A DNA stretch of 63,807 bases, filler included, from Dugesia japonica (Eukaryota), in NCBI GenBank assembly GCA_001938525.1. It is 6 parts of 6 records of this genome, joined end to end, with 100 filler letters (N's around TTAATTAATTAA, not from the genome) between each part and the next. Parts side by side here need not be neighbours in the genome. Positions count along the whole stretch, not along the records: positions 45,611 to 55,517 come from MQRL01619958.1; positions 55,618 to 63,807 come from MQRL01648187.1; 4 more parts are not named here. One strand, written 5' to 3'. Of this stretch, positions 50,180 to 63,038 are shown piece by piece. A model generated the notes under the pieces. That model saw only the letters and a list, made by a program, of their open reading frames with translations, searched no databases and had not been told where the DNA came from. The stretch's first letter is position 1. Each line of letters opens with the position of its first letter. A program made the translations under genes and the position numbers.

Positions 50180-50700
50180 TAATGAATAAAGAGTTAGTAG
50201 CTGGCGATAGTGACAGCTTTCTTTTAGAGTTAGTGGCTATAAGTGTAGAACACCTTACCGGTTTGATGAACAAAGATTAATTATTAGATATTTCTAACTA
50301 TATTAAAAATCATCTCTTCTATAGTAATCGGTTGAATTCCGTTATTGGTAAATTTAAAGACGAAATTAAGTCGAAGTAAATAGAATGAATATTCTTGCGT
50401 CCAAAATGTTACAGTTTGCTTTCTGAAAAAAGAAACAATGAAAGCAAAAGATGTAACATTGAAGAATAGCAGCATCCAGCAACAATCTTATGTTGACTGC
50501 TATAATAATGACGAAAAAGTTTCAAATGATCAATTTCAAATTGTTTCTAAGAATCATAAGCTGTTTTGCTTAAAATCTAAGAAAATAGCATTAAGTAACA
50601 GCAATGACAAAAGATATTGGTCAGAAAAAAATAAAAGTGTAACATATGGACACAATAGCATATGGAAACAATACATTTTCCCATTTAAAAACGAGTATCA
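50180..50700 (+). pseudogene. Protein-primed family B DNA polymerase (Polinton pPolB) C-terminal relic
   Basis: LVAGDSDSFLLEL (DTDS motif), IGKFKDE, LRPKCYS, KAKDV...YVDC...SKNHKL...KIALSNSNDKRYW...TYGH. Confidence 0.88.
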
Positions 50701-50759
50701 TTTCAAAGAAAATAATTTGAATAAGGTAATAATTCATTTAGTTTATATATATTGTTAGG

Positions 50760-53270
50760 TAATTCTTCAATTGATAATTTATCTTCAAAATCAGAACAAT
50801 TAATTTCAGATATTTTATTTCAAAATCACAACTCAATAAATATTATAAATTTTTCTGAAATAGAAACTAAGAAATGATTAACTTTAATTTTAACAATTTC
50901 TGTTGGTTGAAATTTTTTAATCATTTTTTAATTTTTCCTTATATCCAGGTTTTTAAGAACTTTCTAAGTTTTCCACATTTCTCTCTAACCTCTTTACATT
51001 TTCTCCTTGTATTGCCTACCGCCTTTTGCGAATTTTCTCAATTATTCGAAAAAGGGCTTCAAAGCTGTCTTAGCTTTTACTTCTTGTTTCTATCTTGATG
51101 AGTACAAAATCACGCACTTTAAATTATCGATCTGCCCAATCGGTTGTCTTTTTCTCCTAAAGTGCTACAATAATTAAATCACGAATTGTTCTGAACTGTC
51201 TCTCAATTTGTCCGTTTGCAATGTGATAATAAGGAGTCAAAAAGCACTGTTTCATGTCTAACTTCTGTGTAAACTTTCTCAACTCTCGATTCAAAGGACT
51301 TCCCACAATCTATCTTTATATTTCTAGGACATCTAAATCTCAAAATCCACTGCTCAAAAATAACTTTTCGTATTGTTTCTTCGTCTTGTTTAGGTAGTGC
51401 TATAAGACCCAGATATCTACTGAACTGGTATATTGTTCCGAGTATGTATTTTTTCCGTCCACTTGTTTCCCGCAATGACCCAAATATATCTGTGAATATG
51501 ATCTCAAACAAATTGCTAGCTTCCAGTCTCTTTGTATTCTCTTAAGTTTTGGTTATCACTACTTGGGGCTTTTGAAAAATTTCACAACTACGAACTATCT
51601 TCTGTATTTGACTACACAAATTCTTTGCAATGTATTTGTCTCCATTATATTCGTACACCTTCTTAACTTCTGCATGATATAATAAATTGTGTATTGCTTC
51701 TATTGTTCCACGTATTTTGTCATCCGAAATTTAAATTTTCTTGATTATGTTTAATAGATCCTTCTATTCCTTTTCAATTGCGTTCATTACTCTTGTTTGA
51801 ATTTTCCTTCTCTTGGCATTTTCATGTAAAATTTGGCATTGTACACATATTTCACATCTTGGTTTAGATAACATATCTGCATTGCCATGATGAATTCCAT
51901 TTCTATATTTCAACATCATGTCTAGACTACTCAGATAATTAATCCAAGTCTGGAATTGTGACGTAATTGTTTTCTTTGTCGTCATCATAAAAATTAAGGC
52001 TTTAGGATCTATTCTTAGAGTAAATCTTCTACCGTACAAGTAATGTTTGAAATGCATGCAGATATAATAGCTATTTTTGCGTGATGCAATATCACTTTTA
52101 ATGACCTGTTATTGAGTGTAATCTATAGGCAACAACTCTTTCTCTACATTTTTTTATCTTCCTGTGACAATACTGCTCTAATTGTATTGGAACTGGCATC
52201 TGTATCTAATATAAATTCTCTGTTTACATCTGGAAAACACAATATTAGTGCAGTCATTAGAGATTTGTTCAAATCCTCAAAATTATCGTTTATTTCAGCT
52301 GTTCATTCTAGCTTCTTGTTGCTTGATCTGCTACTGTCATCTGCTGAAATGTTCCCGGTGCCACTGCGATCCCGAAAGGCATTCTATTAAAACAATATGG
52401 TCCGTGCTTTGCTGAAAATGCCGTTTTTTGAGATTTTTCTTCGAGTTCTACCTGATAATACGCATTTCTCAAATTTATTGAACTGAAATATTTTGCTCAA
52501 TTTACCCTGTCCAGCATTTTATCAATGTTAAGCATCGGAAAGGCTTGTCTTTTTGTTACTCCATTCAATCAACTGAAATCCAAACATAATCTTATGTCTT
52601 TCTTTTTTTTCTTCTAAACACAAATCAGTGGAGTATTCAATGGCGAGTTGCCTTTTTGTATAATATTATTCTGAAACAGGTTCTAGATAGCTCCTTCAAT
52701 TTTAGCTTTTACGTTCATTGGTTGTCTAAACGGTTTAACGTTGATTGGTTGACCATTTGAAGTTAATTTGTGTTTTATCAGATGTGTGCGTACTAAATCC
52801 CATTTCCTGTCATTATAACATCTTCTTTATTACCAATTATCTTCAATAACTGTTCATTGTCTGTAATCAGAATACCTAAAGCTCTTGTCAATCGCTCTAT
52901 CTTTTCAATTTGTCTCCAAAGTTTTGCTTCAATATTACAAATGTAATTTTTGACTTTTTCATTAGTTCTACTCTTCACTTTCTGTACAAGCTGGTATTCA
53001 AAGGTCTTCTGCATATCTATTCCTCTAATCAGATCTGGTGTCACTCTTTCTGCAACTAAGAAAGTAAACTCTTTGGAAACGTAATCTATTGTTACTCCAG
53101 TTCTAACTTTCCCAACAATTTCAAGTGCACTATCGTTTGCACAGGCTATTTTTCATCGTTCATTCCTAAATGCAGATCTCGTCATTTATTCAAACAGCTC
53201 AAACTCATAACGTTAATTCGAACGCTTTTATCTAAAAGACATTCAACTTTATTTATTTAAACTTTGATCA
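50760..53270 (-). mobile_element. Ty3/Gypsy pol remnant (protease-RT-RNase H-integrase), degenerate
   Basis: VECLLDKSVRINVM; PINVKPFRQP...IRLCLDF; FILDTDAS; HFKHYLYGRRFTLRID; FEIIFTDIFG...IKIDCGKSFES. Confidence 0.92.
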
Positions 53271-53914
53271 AATTTGTAATAAAATAAATGAATAACGTAT
53301 CATTAAAGTTGTATTTTTCCTTGACGAAGGAACGATAAATCTGAGCTCACATAAGAATTTATAAAGACGGATTACCACAAAGATCCACAGTAACATGGGA
53401 TGGATGGAAACAGTATACGATGTACTGTCAAAATTTTGCCGGCTTCGATGTACGTACTCCTAGAAGATTTAAATTAAAACCCACAATAATAAATAATGTT
53501 GCAATAATTAATAATTGATTGTGTATTCTGAATTGATTGTAAATTACATACAGTAAAATCGATATTATCATATTTATTTTAAATATTTCCCAATGATGAA
53601 TTGAATTTAGTTATTTCTCTCATTAAAAAAATTGTTTGTTTGATGTAAAATAATTATTGTTAATTTCAGTGATCGAGTAATCCGTAAAAGCCACTGTATG
53701 ACCATATGAATGACATAAAACTTTTTAATATCATTAATTAATTAAGCAATTAGAGATTTTATTCTCTTATTACAATTGAATTTAATTTTAAGCAAAAACT
53801 GAGATCCTCAGCAGTTATATAGCATATTCCTAATTATATTTTATTACAATTAATAATAGCCATAATTTTTTGCTATACAAAAATTAAAACAAGATATTTA
53901 ATGTTGTATTATGC

Positions 53915-54230
53915 ACACGCTACCCATCCGTCCCTTTTTTAAGGGACAGTCCTTTATTTGAGTATGGCATTAATTAAATTTTTTAAAGGAACACAATTTG
54001 TCCCTTGTTCTCGCCATACTTCCCTTAAAGTCCCAGTAAGTGTAGCGACTATGCAATTTTTTTTATTGTGAACAGCACTTTTAAATATCAATGTCAAAAA
54101 AATTTTAACACAGGTGTTTAAAATAAGTATATAATTCGTTTTTCTGTTTATTTGAATATTTAAAGTTAACTTTGAATAAAAATGTTCTACTAATAATAAA
54201 AAGGTTTGTCCCTTATTTTTGCATTGGTAA
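53915..54230. mobile_element. Probable hAT-type MITE remnant
   Basis: cccatccgtccc...aagggacagtcc end motif with recurrent gtccc subterminal motifs. Confidence 0.35.
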
Positions 54231-54423
54231 AATAAAATTAAATAAATAATATTAATAAAACATTTTTAACATTTAGTATATAAAAACATTGATACAATAT
54301 TTCATATTATATTTCTGATATGATGTTTAAAATAACCAACAGAAATAATTCCACCTTCCATACAAATACTTTTCTTAAATTATAAATCATGCGTCTATTT
54401 TAATAAAATCTGTTTTTAGTATT

Positions 54424-54760
54424 AGTAGTTAGATAGTGGCGCACCAGGCCACTTCCACTCAGGATTACATTAGAGGATTAACTGTTCTAGGCTCTTTAGT
54501 TGGGAATAATTTTTGTGAATTATTACATAATTGTATAATGTAGCATGAGTTTTCAGGCATTTTAGGTGGCGATAGGATTTTGTAACTATTGTGTAATGGG
54601 AATAAAAGACTTGGGTTTTTTTCATACAGTTTTTACGGAATTGGTCAAATTTTTACGAAAATCCATCAGAAAAGTTTAAATTTTCAAGTTTTTTAAAAAT
54701 AATTCAATTTTTTCACGGAAATTTGGTAGAAAATATGAACTTTATTAATTTTAACATCTA
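54424..54760 (+). mobile_element. Polinton-type left terminus (AGTAGTTAGATAGTGGCGCACC)
   Basis: Matches the terminus family motif; the right boundary is approximate. Confidence 0.5.
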
Positions 54761-55029
54761 ATTGTAAGTATATTTTTAACAATCTTCAATATACGACATA
54801 ATTATTCTTAGTGTGATTTATTAGCAGCAAGTTTTTCACCTTTGAATTTTGGTGTTCAGCAGCTACAGGATGATCACTCAAAATATCATGTAATTCAATA
54901 GGAGTTTCAATTTCAACCTCAAGTATATATTCTCTTTAGAAACAACACGATACTTGTTAACAAAGCTTTAAGTAAATCATCGACTTTTTTGGGTACAGTA
55001 CCCTTTATTTATTTTTTTGATTTATAACT

Positions 55030-55517
55030 AAAAATGTCTATCCTTGGCTTGATGTTGCTGCATGCAAAGATTATTTTTTTCGGGACACAATCTATTTCTT
55101 TTTTGTTTCGTAATTCAGTTAACACAGAAAAACCTAACTTCACAAAAATATATACTGGGAAATGGCAAAAGTTCTATTAGAGAAATATTTCTTAAATCAT
55201 GATATTCATTTTTGGTTTCTTCCAAAACGCTGAAACATTTTCTTCCAGCTTTACTGTGGTATAGACAGAAAGCTCAATTAGTTTTTCTTTCATAACATCT
55301 GAAATTCCGGCTTGTTCAATAAAATTATCATTGAATGGATCTAAAATCCAAAGCTTGTATTCATCTTCATACAAACTAGAAAAATATGGTTCGAAGTTTG
55401 ATTCCAAATTTTTCAAATGTGTAACTATTGTGGTTTTAAAACTTTCACTTAAAGTAATTTCGTTTTCTTGAACAAAATTAATAAGCTGTCTAAGTGATGC
55501 AAAATTTCCGCATAAGA
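55030..55517 (-). mobile_element. hAT (Buster-like) transposase C-terminal remnant
   Basis: WILDPF...KEKLIELS...SAFW...LLPFPSIYFCEV...KRNRL. Confidence 0.85.
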
Positions 55518-55678
55518 NNNNNNNNNNNNNNNNNNNNNNNNNNNNNNNNNNNNNNNNNNNNTTAATTAATTAANNNNNNNNNNNNNNNNNNNNNNNNNNN
55601 NNNNNNNNNNNNNNNNNTAAAAAAATTAAATCAAAATTTTATCTGTTTATAAAACTAAGAAAATCGATCGAATCAAAC

Positions 55679-56356
55679 CTTTTGTGTTTTCCAGTGGCCT
55701 TCTTTACTGAATTCGAATCTGTTGTCAACAATCCCTTCGATAACGCTGTCAATCTCGACATCTTCTGTTTGTGTGGTTGTGTGTGACTGTTTATTGATTC
55801 ATTATCATTATTCTGACTGGATTTGTCACTCTCTGCTGCTCCTCCTGCTCCTGTTGGTGTCGCATTGCTCACTCCAGTATTGTTGTTATTATTACAATTA
55901 TTATTGTTGTTAATATTATTATTATTGTTGTTATTTCCTTTCAATTCGTCTTGTCCTTCACCTTCTTCTTCATCTTCCGATCCAATCCAAAACGCTTCTC
56001 CATAGAAACTATCTTCATCCGGCATATTATTTTGTTCTTCCGTTTTACACGTTTGATTTATTGAATTGGTTTGATTCTTCAAAATACTGATTTTTTTTCA
56101 ATAAATTATGAAATAATAATTCATAGATTATTTTCACAATTTACTTCATAGCTTCTGATGAATTTTTCGAAACATCTGAAAACGTTGCAGTTTGTATTTG
56201 TGCTTTTTTTCGATTTCTAAACGAGACAATAACATAACCATCTGACGATATTTCATTATTGGATAATTTTCCACGATTATTAACTCCTAAATCATCTGGT
56301 TTTGGTATTACTAGATCTTTAATTAATCGTTTTGCCAACGATGTTCTATCTGTCAT
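55679..56356 (-). CDS. Probable host gene, first two coding exons (56356-56145 and 56086-55679); Asn-rich, acidic low-complexity protein of unknown family
   Basis: A 58-bp GTAA...CAG intron (56144-56087) joins the two stop-free ORFs in frame. Exon 2 ends at a likely AG|GTTTGA donor; the rest is lost at the scaffold end. Confidence 0.65.
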
Positions 56357-59300
56357 TTTCTTAATGAAAATATATTCTAGAAATAAAGATTTTATTAAAT
56401 TAGAAAAGAAATTTCTTACAGATATCTTTTTACTAAATATTTACATATAAAAATTTAAATTTTACAATTTAGTAACAAAAATTTTAGAATAATAAAATAA
56501 CGACTTTAGAGTAAAATTAATTATTTAGATTTATAGTAAATTATTTACATTACTTTAAAATCATGTATAGACTTTTTAAATCTGAAAAATCAATTGACAA
56601 TCACACGCTAAATTCGATTCTTTTGTTAATAGTTAAACAAGCAAATTAAGTAACAAATCCTCAATTACTTATTTTAAACAAATATTTCCTTGATAAACTT
56701 CCTGTTTATTAAAATTTTTTAATAAATAAATGATAATTTTCAAAACTTTTTAAATTTAAAAACTACCTAAAATAACTCTTTGAAAGATTTGAAAATACGG
56801 ATAGTATGTTTCTGAATTTTAAACGACAGTAGTTTCATTAATTTATGGAAACAATATGAATTCTTTAATGTTATAACATTCTACTTTTTTATTAACTGAA
56901 TTCGGAATCAATCTTTAAATTCATTTACTTTGTGAGTTTTTAAAATTATGGTTTTGTATATTTAATATTATTAAAATTGTGGTAAAAACCTTAGTTTAAT
57001 GATCTTTAACAATCGTCAGGATTTTGAATACAAAATATTTGTTTTTATAATCAGGAAATATTTTATCAATGTATTGGCAAATTATCCGTGACACTTGTGT
57101 TGGGACAGAATTCTAGTAAAATAAACCTACTTTTATTGCAAAACGAGTGAAACCACTAGAAAATTATAAATAGTTTATGTTGGAATAAAAACCAACAAAT
57201 TTAATTACAACAAAGGCCAATAACTTTAATTATCAAAAGATATCGTTGAAATCACAAATAAGTTACTGTATTAAAAGAAATTAGACAGGAAACAATTCTA
57301 AAAGGGTAAACAAATTATATTAAAAAGCAAAACATCGGAAAAACTACACATCTAAAATTTATATATCCCAATATTCCAATTGATTAATTATAAGAAAACA
57401 AATAATAAACAAATTATTAGATGGTTTGATTAAGTAATGAAGAAAGTTTTGATAAATTAAATAGATTTTAAAAAGAAAATGGAATCGACTGTGATATTAA
57501 TTCAACACATTAAAATGTGATGCTCAAAAGGAGAATAAATAGTCTCCAAATAAATAAAAAAAAATCAGAATAAAAATGAGCAAAGAAAAAACAATTGTTG
57601 GCAAAAGGCTGAAAATTATCAATTCAAATTGTGCATTTATTGTTAAATTTAATTTTTGAAAATTGGAAGTAATATACCCAATCGGGCCTTCCTCTCCTTG
57701 GTCGAACTGATGCAAAGCAATGCAGTTATCAAATAATATTTAGTTAAAAATACACTAATTGCAATATAAATTAATATAGAATAAAAACGAAATATTATCT
57801 TAAAACCTCTAAAACCGGAACTTCTAAGAAAGTGATAAATGTTATCCGATGTAATCAATATTAGCCAGTAAATTGATATATACAGTTATTATACAATCGT
57901 TACCGAAATCTCTTCAAGAGAAAAAATATAAAATTACCTAATTAAAAATCTCACTTAAACAATTTCTTGATTTATATATCCATTGAAAAATGAAATAAAA
58001 TTTATGCAAATATATGTATATTTCTCATTACATGAAAAAAATCAAAAAAGAAGGAATGCTGTGTGTATAGCAATTTTAAAGTGGGTTCATTAATTTAATT
58101 TTTATCATCAACACACATTGTTGAGTTTGAATTTTGAACCAAAATTCTGGTTCTTATGGTAGTAACTTTTCTAAATCATATCTAATGATTTATCATCATT
58201 AATTTCCCGAAAGACTGTCGCCTTCCAACATGTTCAGATATTTTTGAGCATGTTCATTATTTTCATTTAGACTCTGTGAGGATTAATTGTAATAAAGCAA
58301 TTTTTTAGATTTCGTTTATTTGTTGTAATTAACTTTTTGTTGTATGTGAAGAATTTGAAAAAGAAAGCTTTGTGAAAATTTTTGGATGAATTTAATTAAT
58401 TTTGGAATTTTGTCAATTTTACTAGGGCAGTATTGTTTCCTTTATAAATTTTAAATTGTAATTTTTATTATTAATTATTTGGCAAACTATAAGTGTATTT
58501 CAGTTGTAAATTTATTTGGAAATTTTGTTATTGGAATTATTTATTTTATAAAAGGAGATTTTTCTATGCCAGAGGTATGTACGCCTCACAGACTCAAATA
58601 GACTTCAACACACTAAGATAAGCTCAAACAGTCTTTAACAGACTCAATATTATCGAATATTTCCTAAAATCATCAAATCTCTTTAACTGTGTTCATTATC
58701 CTCAATATATTTGGTTATGTTCAGACATATTCAAACTTGTTAAATTTACTCTGTAAACTCAGATATATTCCAACATGCTCAAATATGCTGAAACAAGTTC
58801 ATAATGTTTAGATGTGCTTAAATATGTTTCTTAATATCAATTTCCTCATAGAGGAAAAAAGTATGTGAAGTCATTTTACGCTCCCAGAGAACAGAGGATA
58901 TGAACACATAATATACTTTCAAAAATAGAAATGAAAACCAACGAATTATTTTTCAAGCAAAATGGATATAATGTTAGAAAAATGATAGCAATATAATGGT
59001 CTCAATCCTCCTTATCAAAATCATAGAACACATTATACACTTTGATAGAATTAGATAAAAGAAATCAAATTCTAATCACTAGAACTGAAACATTATTTGT
59101 ATCCTATGTCATTTTATATGCAATAAATGTTTATATCATAATTTTTTCCTTATTTTTTAAAGGCGTGTATAATACAGAGTTACGTTTAATTTTGATTATT
59201 TAGAGCTTCTATTGCTCTCGCAACAATAACCTAAACAAAATCGGTACTCGCATACACATTTTTTATAAAAGTCAAAGATGCTGTTGAGAAGACCGATTTA

Positions 59301-60325
59301 AGGACGATCTGGTAAATCATTGGTAGGTACGATTGGTCCGTATATTCGAGTAAATAAAATCAAATACAGACCTAAACTGTTTTATAACAAATAAAAGTGA
59401 TCCACAACAAAACGCTACAGACTTTTATTAAAAAGAAAATCAATTGTGAGAAAATAAAAGTATTCCAAATAAAGCAATTTTATTTTTATCAACAATTTGA
59501 AAGTTTACCAACCAATTCCAACAGTAATCAAATAATTGAATAATGTAATTATTTAATGATTTATTTTATGGAATAATTAAATAAATTCCTACAAACCTAA
59601 TCAATTGATAAAACATGTTTTTAATTATTAAGTAAATCCATCAATCAAAAAACAGTAACGTCAAAAGGTATAAATACTCACAGAAAATTATAATAACACA
59701 TAAATATAAATAAATGTAAAGAAAAAATGCTGTTTCATTCGAAGGGGACTAATTTTATTTGAAATGAGCAAACCAAACAACGAATTTTGTCGTGAGGTTC
59801 AAAACCAACACAAAACTCGGTTTAAAAAATTTGTTCAAACAATTCAGATCTAGATGCAATGTTCCCTTCCCAAATAATTATTATTACACGCAAACTAACA
59901 ATTAGAGTATCCAAAACCTCCCGCAATCATTTCATAAAGTTGTTTAACACGAACTACAAAATAATCGCAAAATATGTTTTATCTTAGAATAAACGAAGGT
60001 CCAATTCAATTAGATACCGAACGATTCGTTTTAGATACTTTATTGTTAGTTTCATTCTAATTTCACAAATCCAATCTCCATTTGAGAACTTGTTTGTATC
60101 GTAATACAAACTACAATCCGGCTACAATTTGGTTGCAGACTAAAATAGTATTGTATTATTAAAAATACTGAGTTATTGTTTATCTGAACAGACAAATGTT
60201 TTCAATAAGCCAATTAAAAAATTAAAACTGCAGCACTATTTTACTATACCAATAAAGTTTTATTCAGATATTTAGTGATCTAACTAAAATCTATGGATCA
60301 ACCAGATCTTTTTAGTCATGTAGAA

Positions 60326-60480
60326 CAGTGTTTCTTAACTAAAAACGCACCACAGACCAGTAAACTGCAAAAAAATACCAAAGCGGACAACCAGTAGGGA
60401 AACAGTACTTACTAGCAGTGTTTCACAACCAAAAATGAATCGCTGACCAGTAAACTGCAAAACTTTCTAACACGAACTAC
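60326..60480 (+). mobile_element. Tandem tiny hAT-end fragments (CAGTGTTTC...GACCAGTAAACTGCAAAA twice)
   Basis: Starts at 60326 and 60416; gggaaacag near 60397 resembles a right TIR. Confidence 0.5.
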
Positions 60481-60626
60481 TAATAAGGGTTATACCTAGT
60501 GATCTTATTCTAAGTTTTATCTACAAATGCGTTATTTGTGAAATTTATTTTTACGTGCCTCGCTGGATAGGGATTCAGAAAAGGAACTGCCTCCCCAGAA
60601 GAAGAGATACTTTAGAATTTGACAAT

Positions 60627-63036
60627 TAGAAGTATTTAGCATAAGAATTTAAAATCTAGTAAAACTTTTTTGGTTAATAAAATGTGTTATAGCAACAAGT
60701 ACGAAAGGTTCTGATACATTAATTTCTTTCTAAAAATGTACAGAAAATATAAATTATTTACATAAAAACCAACTACAAAACATAATTATATTTAAATAAT
60801 TAAATGCAACAACTTATTTAGCTAAACCTTTTTGTTTGTTAACAAAACGTTTTCTACGAACCACCGATTGAGAAACTCGATGTAGAATACTAATTTATGC
60901 AAACGAAACTCTNNNNNNNNNNNNNNNNNNNNNNNNNNNNNNNNNNNNNNNNNNNNNNNNNNNNNNNNNNNNNNNNNNNNNNNNNNNNNNNNNNNNNNNN
61001 NNNNNNNNNNNCATAAACATCTCAAATTGTCCACTATTTTGTTGTAGTTTTTAGAATCTGAATGGTACTAACTATTTTAATTAGTTTGTTTAATTAATTT
61101 GATAATGATAAGGACAATCATTAAATAAAGTTTTTAGTTCCTTTGTTTTTTAGTGGGTTTATTTGTACAGTTAACGATTTTTAAATTGTCAATCTTTGCT
61201 TTGACTCCAATATTGCATGCTTGATAACACAAATCCCATGATAAATATCGTGCTTCTTGAAGTATTCATAAATGAATTACAATTTTTCTCTTCAGATTTT
61301 TGCTGTGTAAATTGACAAATAAACAAATTTTGGGCATCCACAGTAAAGGAGTATGATTATCTGTGGATAATGATATTTGTGGATTCTCTCAGTCTAATGG
61401 TGAATGCATTCTCAAATTATTTTCAAACATTTTACAATTTTAATCAGAAGTAATTTAACATATGCTTCGCAAGTTTATTATCTCAATTAATTATTGTTTA
61501 ATATTTTAATTCAATGGATCACACGATAACTCAAATATGATTAATATAAATTAATATCAATATAAAATACTCAGAAAATTATAATAACGTGTATAAATGT
61601 AAATAACTGGGGAAAAAATGCATTTTCATTCTGAGGGACTAATGCGCTTGTGTAAAGTCTTCGAGGTCACAAAAGTTCAAACAAAATATGACCAAATGTA
61701 TTGATGCTCAAAAGAGTAGATTTTTACACGCAGTGGCTCAACAACGGCTTGGCATTGAGGCAGTTGCCAAGGGCGCTGGCCCGCGCCAATTCAAAAGGGC
61801 GCCGCTAAATCTATAATTTTAAAATTTTTATTTAAATAGATATTTCACTTTGGTTCTTGTTTATAATAATGCCTACAAAGTTGAATTATTTAGTATTATT
61901 TAGTAAATAATAAACTGTAAATTAGTATTGTTTCTGTCTTTTTTATCTTTGATATCCACGTTGTATGACTGTCACTGTCAGACTACGTAATTATTGTCAT
62001 AAATAAATTAAGAGAAATTCAATTATTTTTTCCTAATAATTGAAAAGTCTCAATTGTCAAGGGGGCCAAAAATAAATTAGCCAAAGGCGTCGAAAATTCA
62101 GTTACGCTCCTGTTTACACGGATAAATGCTCACGTAATTTCTCCTTTATTTTTAGTTTTAAAATATTAAATATTTTTCCAAATAAACTACTTTTAATTTT
62201 AATGTAATTTTCTAGATTACACGATACTTAAGAGATCAAGAATTCTAAACGGAATCTTAATGAATATGGAGCATCAATGTTAGTCTGACACGGATATTTT
62301 TCAAGTATATTATTTCTATTATAATCAATAATTCATTCTTTGTAATCTTTTCATCATAATTGACATTAGTTAAATTCTTTTATTTTACATTATTTTGGTG
62401 GATATAACAAACTTTAGGAGGTTTAAGTAATGCAAATATATTTTCTCGATGCTAAAGAATTTTGAGAAGCCTAAAAAGTTTACATCAATAAAATCTTTGT
62501 GTTTCAAGAAAGTAATTAATAATAGCTCAGTGAGGTTAGTTACTATCCTCTAATTTTGATAGTCGCCGACAGAATCAAGATAGCATTACAGAATCAGAAA
62601 ATATGAAACCAGTACAAGCAATTTTGTCTGAAGAAACATCTACTTTTCCACTATCACTGTCGCTACCGCTATTGCAATATTTCTTGACATCATCATCTTC
62701 GTCCTGCAATTCAAGGGACATTGGTTATTTTATCAGTAGAAATGGTTATCTAGATCAATTTTTCTAAACAAACAAAACATTTAGTGATCCGCAAATAATA
62801 TTTGATTATTATACTTTTGCTAACAAACAAAAAGGTTTAGCNAAATAAGTTGTTGCATTTTATTATTTAAATATTATTATGTGTTTTGTAGTTGGTTTTT
62901 TTGTAAATAATTTATATTTTCTGTACTTTTTTACAAAGAAATTAATGTAATAGAACCTTCCGTATCAGTTGCTAAAACAAATTTTATTACCCAAAAAATG
63001 CTTACTAGATTTTAAATTCTAATACTAAATGCTTCT
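60627..63036. mobile_element. Element bounded by inverted repeats of about 220 bp (60627-60848 and 62815-63036)
   Basis: The arms are clearly reverse-complementary (e.g. gtacagaaaatataaattatttaca / tgtaaataatttatattttctgtac). Confidence 0.7.
61731..62112. mobile_element. hAT-type MITE with a perfect 8-bp TSD
   Basis: TTTACACG at 61723-61730 and 62113-62120; imperfect TIRs CAGTGGCTCAAC / GTTACGCTCCTG. Confidence 0.88.
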
Positions 63037-63038
63037 TC

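Noticed and set aside
56152-56185. CTGATGA...CGAAAC hammerhead-like string (also near 20551)
   Set aside because: No stem II or stem I pairing; the 56152 copy lies antisense within a coding exon.
57524-57858. Hydrophobic ORFs resembling a GPCR or other membrane protein
   Set aside because: The hydrophobicity follows from reading a T-rich strand. There are no family motifs and the two frames do not join convincingly.
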